From NCBI GenBank assembly GCA_015680685.1, contig MNCI01000668.1:292049-356048 (forward strand): DNA of 64,000 nucleotides, read 5' to 3'. The DNA comes from Gnetum montanum (lineage: Eukaryota; Plantae; Gnetophyta). The position numbers and the translations under genes are program-made. Numbering within the stretch: position 1 is the stretch's first letter; each line of letters opens with the position of its first letter. The notes under the pieces were generated by a model. The model had not been told where the DNA came from. It ran no database searches and saw only the letters and a list, made by a program, of their open reading frames with translations. This document shows positions 34,848 through 47,399 of this stretch, piece after piece.

Positions 34848-35886
34848 TGATGAGTGGTGGAGCAATCCAACACCCAACCATACAATTCATAGGCATTCAT
34901 GTGTAACTAGATCGTAATATGTGGATGAGACAATGTAATTATGCTAGCAATTGGTTTTAAGTTCGAGACCATTGTCTTTTCATGTGAAGCTAGTGAAGTT
35001 TATGAGTATGGTTTAGCTCATTGTGAGGTATATGATATCTGATGTTGTTTAGCCCTTATTTCTCCGAAAAAACATGGTGGAATGAAAATAATTTCTAAGT
35101 CTAAGTAAAAAAATAAATGAATCTATTCTATCCTATGGCAATGGATATCCATTCTTGATTTTTCATACACGTCTTGGGCTTATGTAATTATTACTAGGAT
35201 TACCAAGTACTTCGCTACTGGGGGAACCAAGTGATAATACTACTAGGTTACTAAACAATCATACTTTATGCTCAAAATTAGTCATATCCATCCCACGTAC
35301 TAATCAACAATAAACATAAAGTGTATGGAATAGTAAAACATTAACTAGGAAAGTAGCAATCAATAGTTCAAGTGAACATGGTAAACATTATTCTAAGTAA
35401 AGTAGTAACTAGGAGAATGCTGCAATAGTATGAAATAGCTTGACCTTTATTGCTAGTCACACTTATGCCCAAGTACAAGATGTTTGAATAAAGACTCCAT
35501 TCACTAAGTCACACTACGAGCATTCACACTTCTAAGTACTTAAGACTAAATTCATGAAATAAAACTAACAAAGTTTGGCTACTATGAAATGAAACTTATG
35601 TGGATTTGTGCACCCAAGTGTTCTATTTATAAGCTACACACATCCCATGATACCATATTTGCGATGACATAGCATGTGCTATGATATGGAATCTATGACA
35701 TCATAGATACGATATCGTTGATCAACAAAAATTGACTTTATCAAATAGATGCAACATCACATCTATGACATTGTAGATGCAATGTAGATCTACGACGTAG
35801 TAGCCAATTGAGATGCACCAACAAGGATGCTACAATGTAGATGTGATGTAGCATCTACAATATCTCAGCCAACTAATGATTCATCA
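34848..35886 (-). mobile_element. Athila-like solo LTR
   Basis: Starts TGATGAGTGG...CACCCAACCATACA like the other Athila LTRs and ends ATTCATCA; neither PBS nor PPT is adjacent. Confidence 0.7.
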
Positions 35887-36604
35887 CCAACTAAATGCAT
35901 GTTATGATTGAGACCAGATCACATCCATTCCACCAAGTAAATATAATGTAACAAAAATTAAAACATAATGCTAGAAAAGTGATAAAATAATAATGAAAAT
36001 TAAATACTAAAATTAGCAAAATTATTCTTAATCAAAATACTATAATGGAAATGAATCAATCTTGATCTTATTGCCATCAGGAACTATGTTTGTGTATAAT
36101 TTACTTAAATAAGACTCTAGAAAATTAACTTAATTTCATGTGACTTTTAGATTGCTACTAAGAATAAGAAATCAAATTAGAAGACTCTAGCTATTGATTA
36201 AATGGTACCATAAATGTAGTTGGTGAGCACCCATTTATAGAAAAATATAAGTGGGAGATGTTGCATCAATGACATAACATTTTGAGCTATGACATTGCAT
36301 CAGTGATGTTACAATCACAATGTATTAGATGTGTTGTAGTCAATGAATAGTGAATTTATTCTTCATTAAAGGTAAACTTATAATTTTAGGTTGATGATGA
36401 AAAGTGGAGGTGGTATGGATTTGGTAGGGATAGGATCCTAGATGCTTCATGAATAGAGTATTATATAATCACATGTACATGATATAGAATAATATATAAA
36501 TAATCAAATATTCAAGGAGACATAAAAGCTAACAAAAGAAAAGCTTTGAAAGACAATTGGATTTTAACATTTGGTCATTAAATATATAAAAGATCTATAA
36601 CTAA

Positions 36605-36696
36605 ACACTAGTAGTAGTAAGAAAAAATGATAAAAGACTTCAACAAAATACCACTTAATGAAGTCTTTTATCATTTTTTCTTACTATTACTAGTGT
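36605..36696. repeat. 38-bp inverted repeat (1 mismatch, 16-nt loop) with CACTA...TAGTG ends
   Basis: ACACTAGTAGTAGTAAGAAAAAATGATAAAAGACTTCA / TGAAGTCTTTTATCATTTTTTCTTACTATTACTAGTGT. Confidence 0.9.
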
Positions 36697-37994
36697 AACC
36701 CTAAACATGATAAGGTCATAGCTTGGTAAGGCTCTACTTAAGTATAACAGTGTGAGCAATCTCTTTGCTTAGTGTTTAGACCTATTATTTAAAGCTTGTA
36801 GTGGTATTTTATTAGCTTTTCTTATATATATTTTAGTTTAGTTTCATGCATGTGGGTTTGTGTGTATACTCATGTTACATTTTGTTCTCTTTTAACTTTA
36901 GCTGTCATTTTATTTTATTTTATTATGCTTTGATTTTTCACTTGTGCTTTGTTATAGAACTTTAGAAAATATTTCATTTTTCCATAAAATAGAAAACTAA
37001 AAAACTAGAAAACGTAAATTTAAAAAGTCTATTTTTTTATTGATTCAACAACAACATTGCATATAACTTGGCATTGCTAGAGTACTACCAAAATTTTCAC
37101 ATCTACTAGGATAGAAAATAAAATAACAAAATTTTAATTTCATTATTTTGTACATCAATTAAGATTGAACTATCTAAGTTGTTTGTACTTCTTTTTTTAT
37201 TCTTGTGATCTCTGCCTTCATTTCCTACCTTAGTAGTGTAAGTAGTTTCTACAACCCTTTAGAAAAAATCCAATATATTTGTATCTCATTATCTTAAAAC
37301 TAAAATAGTATAAATTTAGAATAAAAAACTCATTAAACTTAAACCATTTTTATATTGCTTATTAGAATTGAACCAATAACTTGGAATTACCATTAGGCTG
37401 ATACCTAGAACTTGGGTAGAACATGAGTAATAACATAACAATAACTTAATCATATACTTACATGTCAACATGAAAGTGTTGTATGCTTAATTCTCATTTA
37501 AAATAAAATGTTCTCACAAGCCTAAGAATTATTTAGTTATTGAATTAACATATTGCAGGTTTAAATTTGACTTATACCTATGGTATATATGTTGTATGCT
37601 TTAAGAATAGATATTGTTCAAAGGAGGTTGTCGATTATGGACAGATATTGGGCAAGTGTTGCGAGCAACATCACAGAAACAGTTAGAATAGCAGTAATCG
37701 ATAACAGGCATGCTTTATTCACTTAGTTTATGTAACCGAAGATACTAGGAAATTCATTTGTTATGGGATGATTTAAAAAGAAAAACCAATGAAATGTAAG
37801 CACGCGATGTTTTTTAAGATCATCATGTTGTTGAGGCCAACTTTCACCCATGCTAGGCATGGGGCCTTGTTTGAACTAATTTAATTATAACAATAAAAGA
37901 TAAAATTCTAAAATTAAAATAAAAATAAAATTAAATAAAATTAAACTTAGGGCTTAATCTCTTGTGTCTTTTTGTGTGGATAAGGGTGGTTGCA

Positions 37995-39056
37995 CTTAGG
38001 GTTAGGTTTCTCCTCCCTCCGGCCGCTATAAATTAGGAACGAGAAGGCTTCTCTGGGGAGAGACTAGGGGGGTTCCAGGGTTCTATCCGCTGCGGTCTAC
38101 GCAGCCTTCCGTTCGTTGCTGCTGGATCCTGTCCGCAGCCTTCTGTTCGCTGTTGCTGGTTCCTGTCCGCAGCCTTTCGTTCGCTGCTGCTGGTTCCTGT
38201 CCGCCGCCGCCAGGAGTGCCATCTTTTCTGTTAGCTGCGTGCGTCACCACCTGTTCGACCGCCGCTCGCGTCTGCACAATCTGTTCGTCAGCTGCTGTTT
38301 TTCTCCGCTTGTCGTGCACGCATCCTCCTCCTCCGCCTGCTGCCGTAGATCTGCACGCACCGACGATTAGATCTGGACGCTACCGTATCCCTGGTTGCAG
38401 GCGAAACTGTAACACCTCTCTGTCTTTTGCCGCGCCATCTGTTACCTCCGCTGCCACCTCCGCTGCCACTGCACCGTCGCTGTTGCTGTCTGCCGCGTTA
38501 CTGCCTGCCACTGCTGCACGCGTCCTCTACGTTCTCTCCACGTCCGCTGCACACCGGCCTCCCTTCTTTCTCCACCGCTGCTGCTGTTTTTCTCTGCTTG
38601 CCGCACGCGAAACAACAACCTCTATCTGTTCTCTTGCTGTCCCAGCATCGGTCTCTCCCACGTGGCCTGCCCTCACTATTTTCTGCCGCCTGCCCGCTGC
38701 AGCATTGCCTGCTCTCCGCTGCCGTGCCTGGCACTCCTCAGTCACCACGTCACCGCCACCTCACGTTGCTGTCCGCGTCGCTGCCTACGTTGCTGTTTTC
38801 AAGGCTGTCGCTATTTTCCATCCACCGCGTTGCCGATTTCTGCCGCTGCTGGTTTCCTCCACCCGCCGCTGCTGGTTTTCCCACCGCTGTCGCTGCGCAT
38901 CCTTCTCCTACAGTGGTACGCGCGCTTGCATTTCCAACGACTTGAGTGCTTGCATTCCTCGTGGCGTCGGCAGCTTGCAGTCTTCTTCCCACGGCTGCAC
39001 ACAGACCCTGTCTAGCTGCAACACGCAGATCCTCGCCCTGCTACGCCCAGGACGAC
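37995..39056 (+). other. GC-rich, CpG-intact island with TATA box; candidate non-coding transcription unit or young TE segment
   Basis: Telo-box-like TTAGGGTTAGGTTT at ~37997, TATAAAT at ~38027, then ~1 kb of CpG-rich low-complexity sequence. Confidence 0.4.
38101..38202 (+). repeat. 34-bp tandem repeat x3
   Basis: GCAGCCTTYYGTTCGYTGYTGCTGGWTCCTGTCC at 38101, 38135 and 38169. Confidence 0.9.
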
Positions 39057-39474
39057 AATTATTATTTTATAAATTGCACAAATTGTTTTAAGCTTCTAAT
39101 ATTAAATTAATTGAAGTATTTAAATATTACATCAAATCTAAACTTTATTTTGATATTTTAAAATATTGTTATTATTGTTTGTCACATTGCCCTTTCCAGG
39201 TGAGACTATTCCCGATTTCGTATCCATACCGGAGGCACCCTAGGCGATAGTCTCCTCAAACGAGTTTTCGTGTCCAAAATTTACGCATCAACACATGTAT
39301 ACAGGGAATCTCGGAATGCGTCCTCTCTGAATATAACTTCAAAATACAGGAGAAGAATGAGATGAATAATTGTTTAGTTCAGGGCAGAAATGGTAGGGAA
39401 GAGAGAGAAGCAGCCAAAGAGTACTGACTAAATCATTCACGACAGAGCCACGCCATGCTTAATTAATGCATGAA

Positions 39475-39960
39475 TCACGAGAAAGCGAGCAGCGCGCTTC
39501 CCAGCAGGAACGGAACCACAGCGGAAGCGGACACGGCGAACGCAGAGCTGCCGTCGGCGCCAGCGTGGCTCTCGCCGGGGGACGCCGCTGCAATCGGACT
39601 TTCCGTGGAGGGCGACGCGGATAAAGGAGTGGTCGTCGTCATCGTCGTTGTCGTCGGTGGTGGCGCTGCAGCTGATGCTGATGCTGATGCTGATGGTGGA
39701 GGACTCTTGGCGGACTCAGGCGACGGCGGAGGCTCCTTTGAAGACGATGGAGGCTGCATCTGTGGCTGTGATCCGGGGGAATTTTCGGACGCCGGTGGCG
39801 ACACTGGATGTTTGGGCGCAGGGACCCTGTGGTTGCTGGTTTGGGGCGGCGTAGGCGGAGCAGGTGGCGTGGCGGCGAGAGCGAGAGCGAGAAGGAGGGT
39901 GAGGGCGAACGAGAGCGCCAAGGCAGCGTTGGCGCTGGGCCAATGCATTGTGATAGACAT
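39475..39960 (-). CDS. Classical GPI-anchored arabinogalactan protein (161 aa, single exon)
   Basis: Signal peptide MSITMHWPSANAALALSFALTLLLALALA. Pro/Ala/Ser/Thr-rich body with AP/SP/TP/SPP motifs. C-terminal small-residue omega region plus hydrophobic tail (DGSSAFAVSASAVVPFLLGSALLAFS). AAAATG start context; CpGs intact. M72 at 39948 is an alternative start. Confidence 0.9.
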   Translation of the reverse strand: MSITMHWPSANAALALSFALTLLLALALAATPPAPPTPPQTSNHRVPAPKHPVSPPASENSPGSQPQMQPPSSSKEPPPSPESAKSPPPSASASASAAAPPPTTTTMTTTTPLSASPSTESPIAAASPGESHAGADGSSAFAVSASAVVPFLLGSALLAFS

Positions 39961-40045
39961 TTTGGCAGAGCCAGCGAGAGCGTTGTTTTCTGCTGCTGCT
40001 GCTCTGCTTTGCGGTGGCCGCTTTGTGGTGGAGCTCTGATGCGGC

Positions 40046-40052
40046 TTTTGTA
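40046..40052 (-). promoter_or_regulatory. TATA-like box (TACAAAA) of the AGP gene
   Basis: About 90 nt upstream of the ATG at 39960; single mismatch to TATAAAA. Confidence 0.35.
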
Positions 40053-40445
40053 GCGCCTCCGCTGCGACGAGTTCGTTGATGGGGTTCCTTATTTTGGGTG
40101 GTGGATGATTGTTCGGTTCTGCGCTATGCCTTAGCATATTCCTATTCTTGATGAGCTCCATCTATCTGGTTACCTCTTGGCCTTCTTGCTTGCTTTAGCA
40201 ATGATCTTGGAGTCCTCCATGCTTCATCAGAGCGCCAAATTCATATGCCCTTTTGTTCCGACAACGGAATTTTCTGCGGTTTCAACTCATCAAATATTGA
40301 TTTGTACACGCATGTGCTAATAAGATCGCGGATATCCATCCTATACTCGATTAATAAGTGAGCATTACGAACATAGTGTTTTGCAGCATCGGATATGTCT
40401 GAAGTAATATGTCGTGGGATGGCGACAGTAATTTGTAGGATGAAT

Positions 40446-43400
40446 ACCTAGGAGTTGAGCGTATTTATTTTATTAACCGATTCTTTTATACAAAACATAA
40501 GAAGTCACCCTGCAATGTACGTGAGAAACAGCACAAGCCGCATTCTCCTCCATTATATATATATATTAGGTTTATACTAAAATATTTATCCTTACAAACA
40601 TTGTAGATAATACGAAAATCATTAACTTTGATATAAGTCAAGATAATTAGGAATTGTGTCGGATTCAATATATATATTGAAAATAAAAATTCGAAGTACA
40701 AAAATAGAGGAGTACTAGAAAAGAAAGAAATTCCAAATCAATAAAAATAAAAGGCCCATTTGTTTTGGAGATTTTTTCTTAGATTTTTATCTTTACAACC
40801 AATCTTGAAAAAACTTTTCTTTGAGGTAGGAAATTGGATATTCCATGAAAAGATTAACATTAGGTAGAGGGGAAGGAAGTCCCCACCTTGTCAATAGAAT
40901 CAACATTATTAAAAGACACTATCTTCATATCTTGACCAATAGCTACAAATGAATTATAAGCAATTAAAATATCACGAACATGTTATTCATTCTCAAGATT
41001 TGGCATGTACTTACCTATAGATAGACCTCCTTGACATTATTTATTATGAAGAACCAATTGAAAACCATATGAATCAATAATAGGATTCTATCAAACCTAA
41101 GGAACATATATTTGTTTCCCCTTAATCATTAAAAAAAATTGAAACTGATTTCATTGTAACCTTCCTTGAAAATACATTTTGTTGAACAACAATGAAAGAA
41201 AAGGGTGGGCTAATTATTAAAACTTCAATACAAGAAATCATCCCAAGATTTGTAGCATTTGTAGAAAAACCTTAGCAAGATCTATAACATTTGTAGAAAA
41301 AACCTTAGTAGCATTTACAATAGCTTATTGCTAACGTGGTTGCATTACCTTTTTTCATAACATAAAAAAACATGAATCAAATATGTGAACCTCTTAATGA
41401 CAATAGTGATATGACCTTGGAATATTATAATAACTAACCTTTTGTGCATAATCAATTCCTCCAACATGCAGAAGAATTTTTTACTTAAGTGAATCAAGAT
41501 ACACTTTAATCATATATTGAATTCTGCGAAAACCACTAGCTACAATAAGGGATTCAAAATGCTTGATTAACCCAATATGAGAGACAATATTCCTTTCCAC
41601 TTTTTCAAAAATTAATGGAAGATTTAAAAATTCAACAAAATAAGGAATCTTTCAAAATTTAGGAGATGTTGGATTAAAAGAGGGAGTCCACTTTCAAATA
41701 ATCAATAAAGCATGACAATGATTGAAAACACTATATCAAAGGTTTTAGAAACCATTATTGAATCAACAAATTCTACCAACAAAAATAAGTTTGATAAATA
41801 ACGAGCATGGATGACATCCAAACCTTGATCTTTTCAAATCAAACTTAAATGATTTTAAAAACTTGAGAAACAAAGTAAATAAGCTAGAATTTGCATGCAC
41901 ATAGGCCTTTCAGAAATTTCTTGAGTAATAGATTCATATAAATAATTAGGCAGTTCATAAAAAAGCAAAGAAGTGGTAGTTTCACTTAACGCAGCACCTA
42001 CTAAACCCAATGACATTACACATAATATCAATGCTAGAAAGGTAAGATAATTAGTTTTAGTTACCTTGGACCTTATGACCATCATGTCACTAAACTTAAC
42101 ATCATCTCAGAGTAAGGGTTATGCTAATATAATCTATCAGCACCATAAAGTAAATGTAGTGATAGAGTTATTGGTTGTATTTAAAGCAACAATAGGTATG
42201 AAAAAAAAATCATTAAACTTCAAATATTAGGCTTCACTTTGCAATGGTCACCCACTATGAGATTGTGGCAAACAAATCATGGAATTTTGATATGCTTTTG
42301 TTAATAGTTGAGTACAGTTGATACGTAGCTCCCATATTTAGTATTTAGTACCATCACTTTGATCTCAATCTTGTCATGCAACTAGTTGAAGTAAGGTTTT
42401 TTTTCTCTCTTTTTTTTTTTTAATTTTTGCTAAATTGGAAACATCTAGATTATCATTATTCATGAAGTTTGCATTGTTGAAGGATCATATTTTGTTAGAA
42501 AATTTTGTTAAAACATATAATAATGGTTGGTTCATCTTCCAATTAGGGAAGACTTGGCAGTTTTCTATGATACAGAATAAATTCTTGTGGTTCTATTTTC
42601 AAATGTTGAAAATAGACTTTACTTTAAAGAAGGTCATGTTCCCAAGCCATTAATTAGAATGCTTCAGCAATGAAGAATAGTGAGGAAAATTCCTGTACCA
42701 CCACTATCATTATAGTTCTTATTTCTTAGTTAAAGATGTTATATTATGGCTTGGTAAACATCATTATCTAATGTATTATTGTAAAAGATCATAAGAATAC
42801 GATTTCATGCCTCTATTAAATCTGCTTTATGTTGTAGTGAAGGATGGAAGCTAGGTAGAATGGATTTCTTTACTTAAGGAAGAGATGAAGGAATATGTAT
42901 TAAGCTATTATTATTTCTTCTTTGCACATTTCTCTTATGACTACCTCCTTTTTACTTTTGTTAATGTTTTTAATAATTCAAACTTATCACTTGTCACCGT
43001 GGTAGTATAGGATAGGAAGAAAAAGTTGGTTTCATTATTATTTCTTGAAGCCTTCTCCAAAGATGAGAATGTCATCACAAAGATCCCTTTAATAAAATAG
43101 TCTACTAAAGTATAAGTTGAAGGATGGGACATACTTGCATGTGATTATTTGATCCAATCCATGCTAAGGTCAATTATGCATCACCATAGCTTCAAAAATA
43201 AAGTTTTCCATTATGAGGCAACAATAAATTTCTTAAGACTTCAATAGAGAGAGCTCTTTGGAGAAAATGGTTTACAATAGGGTAAGATGGAAGAATTTTA
43301 GAACTTTTAATAAAGATAATTTTCTCTCCATTAGTAGATGAATGGTGAATAAAAATATTAGCATGTTGTCAAAGTCATTTTCCATTACGATAAGTAATGA

Positions 43401-45117
43401 TTTGCTATATGATTTAATGATTTCAAACAACACCGCAATAGGATATTACTTCAAAGCTAGAGACTACAATGACATGTTAAGAAAAAATACAAAGGTTTTT
43501 GATACTGCGCTAGTATAAAATAAGGCTTTAAATAAAGATTTGAAACAAGCCTATGACAATAAAGAAAAATATGCTAATGCTTTTAATAAATATAAAAAAG
43601 AGATCAACAGTATCCTTAGGTTTGCTAAGAAACAAGACATTGAATTAGAAGGGCTCAAGTATTCAAGGAACACCATGGGTTCTAGTTTTGATTTTGAACT
43701 TATAAATAAAGTTCAAGAGCTAGAGGTGAAGAGGATGGACTTGGAGGTAGACAAGTCTATAATGTATTCAATGAGCTTTAAAATCTAAGAAGAGTTGGAC
43801 ATAACATAGAAGTAGATTGCAGCTCTCACAAGGTATAAGAATGCTTTAATTGAGACATTTAATAAAGAAAGAAAAAGATTAAATTACATGGTGTGTAGCC
43901 AACAAGAACAGGCTATTACTAAAGAATCTACAACTCATTATAAGGGATTATTAACTTTTTTTCTAAGCAAGGTTTTAAGTTATTAGGTATTTCCATCATG
44001 TATTTACTATCAATTTTGGTGGTGTACAATGAAATTAAAAATGCGTTTCTCAACAAGTCTTCTACTCTAGAGTTATTAGGTCCTACAGTAGATCTTCCAT
44101 GATCATAATCAAAGGATTCCTTATCGCTTATAGAGTCCATGGTGAAAAGTATAATCCATGAGTCAAGGGATGAATGTTCTTCTAGTGTGTTTAATAATTT
44201 ATTAAATGCTAATATAGACTCATTTAATAGTTGATGAAATTTTTTTAATTTCCTTTCTTGTATTTCCTTGAATACATGATGCCTCTATTTTGAATGGTAA
44301 TGTTATTAATTTACTTTTCACGACAAGAATGCTTTTCCATTTTTGTGGTTAATGTTTTCCATTTTTATGTTTTCATTATCTTAAAAGAGACTAACAGTCA
44401 TAATGTCTCTAGCTATTCTTTATTACATTTCAAAAGAACTTAAAGGTTAGAATAATCTATAACATATTATTGAAGGAGAAAATTTACTTACTATTATTTT
44501 ATAGTTTATAAACATTGCTTTGTAAATCAAGGATACTATTTTGCTTAGTCATATGGTGCTCACTTGAAAAGATTATTTAAGGAATTCTAATAGAGTTTTT
44601 ACTCCATAATTATTGATGATAAATGATAAATTATTGATTTACATTGTATAGTGAAGAAAGTTTTAAAAGGTGAAAGTTTATATATCACTAGTCTTACAAA
44701 AGTCATGAAATGATATTAGATTGTAATGTGCATTATTATTTCTCTTATTAAGCTTGAGGGGTGGTGCTAAGGATTCAGTGTATTTTATTAAGCTTAACAT
44801 TCTATTAGCTTAAGTTAACTAAATGTAACTATTTATCGTATCTATTTTGTTAACCATCATAATAGTTCTCTTAAACCTATAAATATTGTTTGTTTTTGCA
44901 TTCAAAATGTGTACCATACAAGATTGGTTTCCTAGAGTACGTTAAGGTTATTTTATACATAGTAGATTTATACTAAAACATTTTTCCTTACAAACATTGT
45001 AGATAATCACGTGTTTATGGTACATCTAAAATCATTAAATTTTGTGATTGATATAAGTTAACATAATTAGTTTTAGTTATCTTAAACCTTATGACCATTA
45101 TGCCAATAAACTTAATA
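40446..45117 (+). mobile_element. Ancient, probably Copia-type LTR element remnant (3' LTR ~44765-45117; 5' LTR split into ~40446-40650 and 42044-42100)
   Basis: 40560-40650 plus 42044-42100 align with 44960-45117. PPT-like TTGAGGGGTGG before 44765. Weak Met-PBS TCATCTCAGAGT at 42101. Internal coding is barely recognisable. Confidence 0.5.
40651..42043. other. Unassigned 1.4-kb insertion with 11-bp target-site duplication
   Basis: AAGATAATTAG at 40640-40650 and 42044-42054; removing the insert restores the LTR seen at 44960-45117. Confidence 0.55.
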
Positions 45118-47399
45118 GTATTCCCATATTGTTTGATAGGTAATCACTTATTGTTTTATTTTTAATAATGTTGGTTGTTTCTACTTAAATTTTTGTTCAT
45201 TCATGTTGTACATCTTTCAAGAATGATGATGTCTAGAATAACAAACCTTGTCAAAGAACCTTCCTCAACCATGCAACACAATCCAATGATAAAAGATACT
45301 AAATTTAATTACCCTAAAATACGAATCTCAATATGAATTTCATGCTTAACTTCGTCATCCATCCTTAACAACAAACTATAGATTATGTTAGAAAAGAATT
45401 ACTATCACAATAGCTAATAACAAGGGACTTTTGATTTTTTATTTTATGAGTTGTAAGAATTATAAGAGTAGAGGCATCCAAATTTTGAGACCTTTCTCCA
45501 TGTGCTATGCTAAGACATTGACATAGAAAGCATCCCATGTGCTCCACCTCTACAAAAAACAAACATATAATAGAATTATGTATGTAATCGACTTTAAAAT
45601 TTCATCTATCAACATTGCATTGTTACTAGAAATGGCTTGGTAAAGTCAAATGAAAATATATTATTTTCTCTTCTCTATGCTAAAAATTTTTCATATGGTC
45701 CTTCACTAATTTAACAATGATAGGAAAATTTGGTCATTTGATTAATATGCCAAAAAGATCCATCTCCAAGTAATAAAAAAAAAAAAGCTATTGAAAACTT
45801 TTTCTTTATAAAAACAACTTTTGTTGTTGTAGGTAACACTTGTCTAAGAAAGAGAATGACTAATAAGATTATTCTAGTTAGAAATGTTAATTCATTATCA
45901 TTTTAGAATATTATAGAGTCAACAATATCATTAAGATATTACTTAAAGAAAATATTTGTACCATGAAATATTTTCCTTAGCCTAACTATTTGATTTTACA
46001 CTATTGAATGAAAAACAATGGACGAATTTTTACATCAAGAATAAATAAGTCAATCTATAAAAACCAAAAAGAAGATTCTTAACTTGAAATAAATACACAA
46101 TCATGTCAAAATTTAATCATTATTGGAAAATAATAAAGATCCAAAAATATACTAGACATTACAATAATTTTCTCATTATTATGAATTTTTTAATTTATTA
46201 TATTTTTGCTTATTAATTTACTAAAATAGATGATGACATACTATAGGAACCATAATTTAAGTGATGGTCACAGGCCTGTTTCTCAAGTAAAGACTTGAGT
46301 TTGAGCCTAGGCATAGCCACTCAAAGACTTGAGATCTCTTTTTCAGTGATTCAACACAAAAGAAAAATTGGAACAAATGTAGTGATTTTGATGGTTGCAA
46401 TCAATTTTATTGGTATTATGTCTTTTAACATTTCAACTACTATTTATTTTGAGTTTTCAAAGAATAGAGACTCATAAAAGTTATTCATGAGTGGTCAAGG
46501 TACCCCTATGCCCAACCATATGAATCACGAAGTATTCATGTGAGATTTGGTCGAATCCCATGGACTCTATGTCTTTCAATACAGTAGTCTTCTAGGAAGT
46601 AAAATTTGCCCTAATAGTCATTTATTGTCTTCTTAATTACAGTTGTGATGCATATGGTATGGTTACATGTAATCAAGGCATATGATTTTTATTATTTTAT
46701 GTTTTATGTTACTAATGCTTAAAATAGAGAAATGAAGTAATTTAATAACTAATTTAATTTACCTAATTAAGTAATCTCAAATTAGTCCTAACATAAGCAT
46801 TTGGTCAAACTTTCCATACACATCCTGAACCCACATATTCACTATTGGTATTACCAAGCACTATGCTACTAGGCGAACCAAGTAATAACGCTCTTAGGAT
46901 TACCAAGCAAATATGTGTTTACGCTTGAGGCAGTCGTACTTATGCGTTTAATCTATTTAGCTTAATTAATTAACTAGTTACTTGAAATCTAATTTAGCTT
47001 AATTAATTACATAATTAATGAAAACCATGAATTCATAAATGAAGTATTAATCTATTCCAAGTGTTTTAAGGTTTGATCAAAAGGTTCATCTTTATTGCCT
47101 TTCACACTAGTGTGTTCAGTTACAATAGTGCTCGAATAAAGATCCATACACTTTCTAACTTCTATTGCAAGCACTTAGAGAAATATTCTAACTCTCAAAT
47201 GATAAAACTACAAGAGCTCTACTACAACTATTACAAGACATGCCATAAACATGGTTGATGAGCATGTATTTATAGACTATATTCAAGAGCTACATCAACA
47301 AAGCCCCATAGATGCAGTAAATGCTACGTTGATGTGGCCCCATCAATGGGGCAACGCCATGTAGAAGGAAAGGTTTGTACATGATCGTGGCCCTAGAAG

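Noticed and set aside
38153-39091. 312-aa ORF and overlapping ORFs on both strands
   Set aside because: No ATG start, low complexity, ORFs open in most frames because of GC richness, a 34-bp non-triplet repeat, and no recognisable domain.
39470-40039. 189-aa plus-strand Gly/Ala/Asp-rich ORF
   Set aside because: Antisense shadow of the AGP coding sequence.
39961-40161. 67-codon N-terminal extension of the AGP ORF
   Set aside because: It would bury the signal peptide and spans the TATA-like box; the ATG at 39960 has better context.
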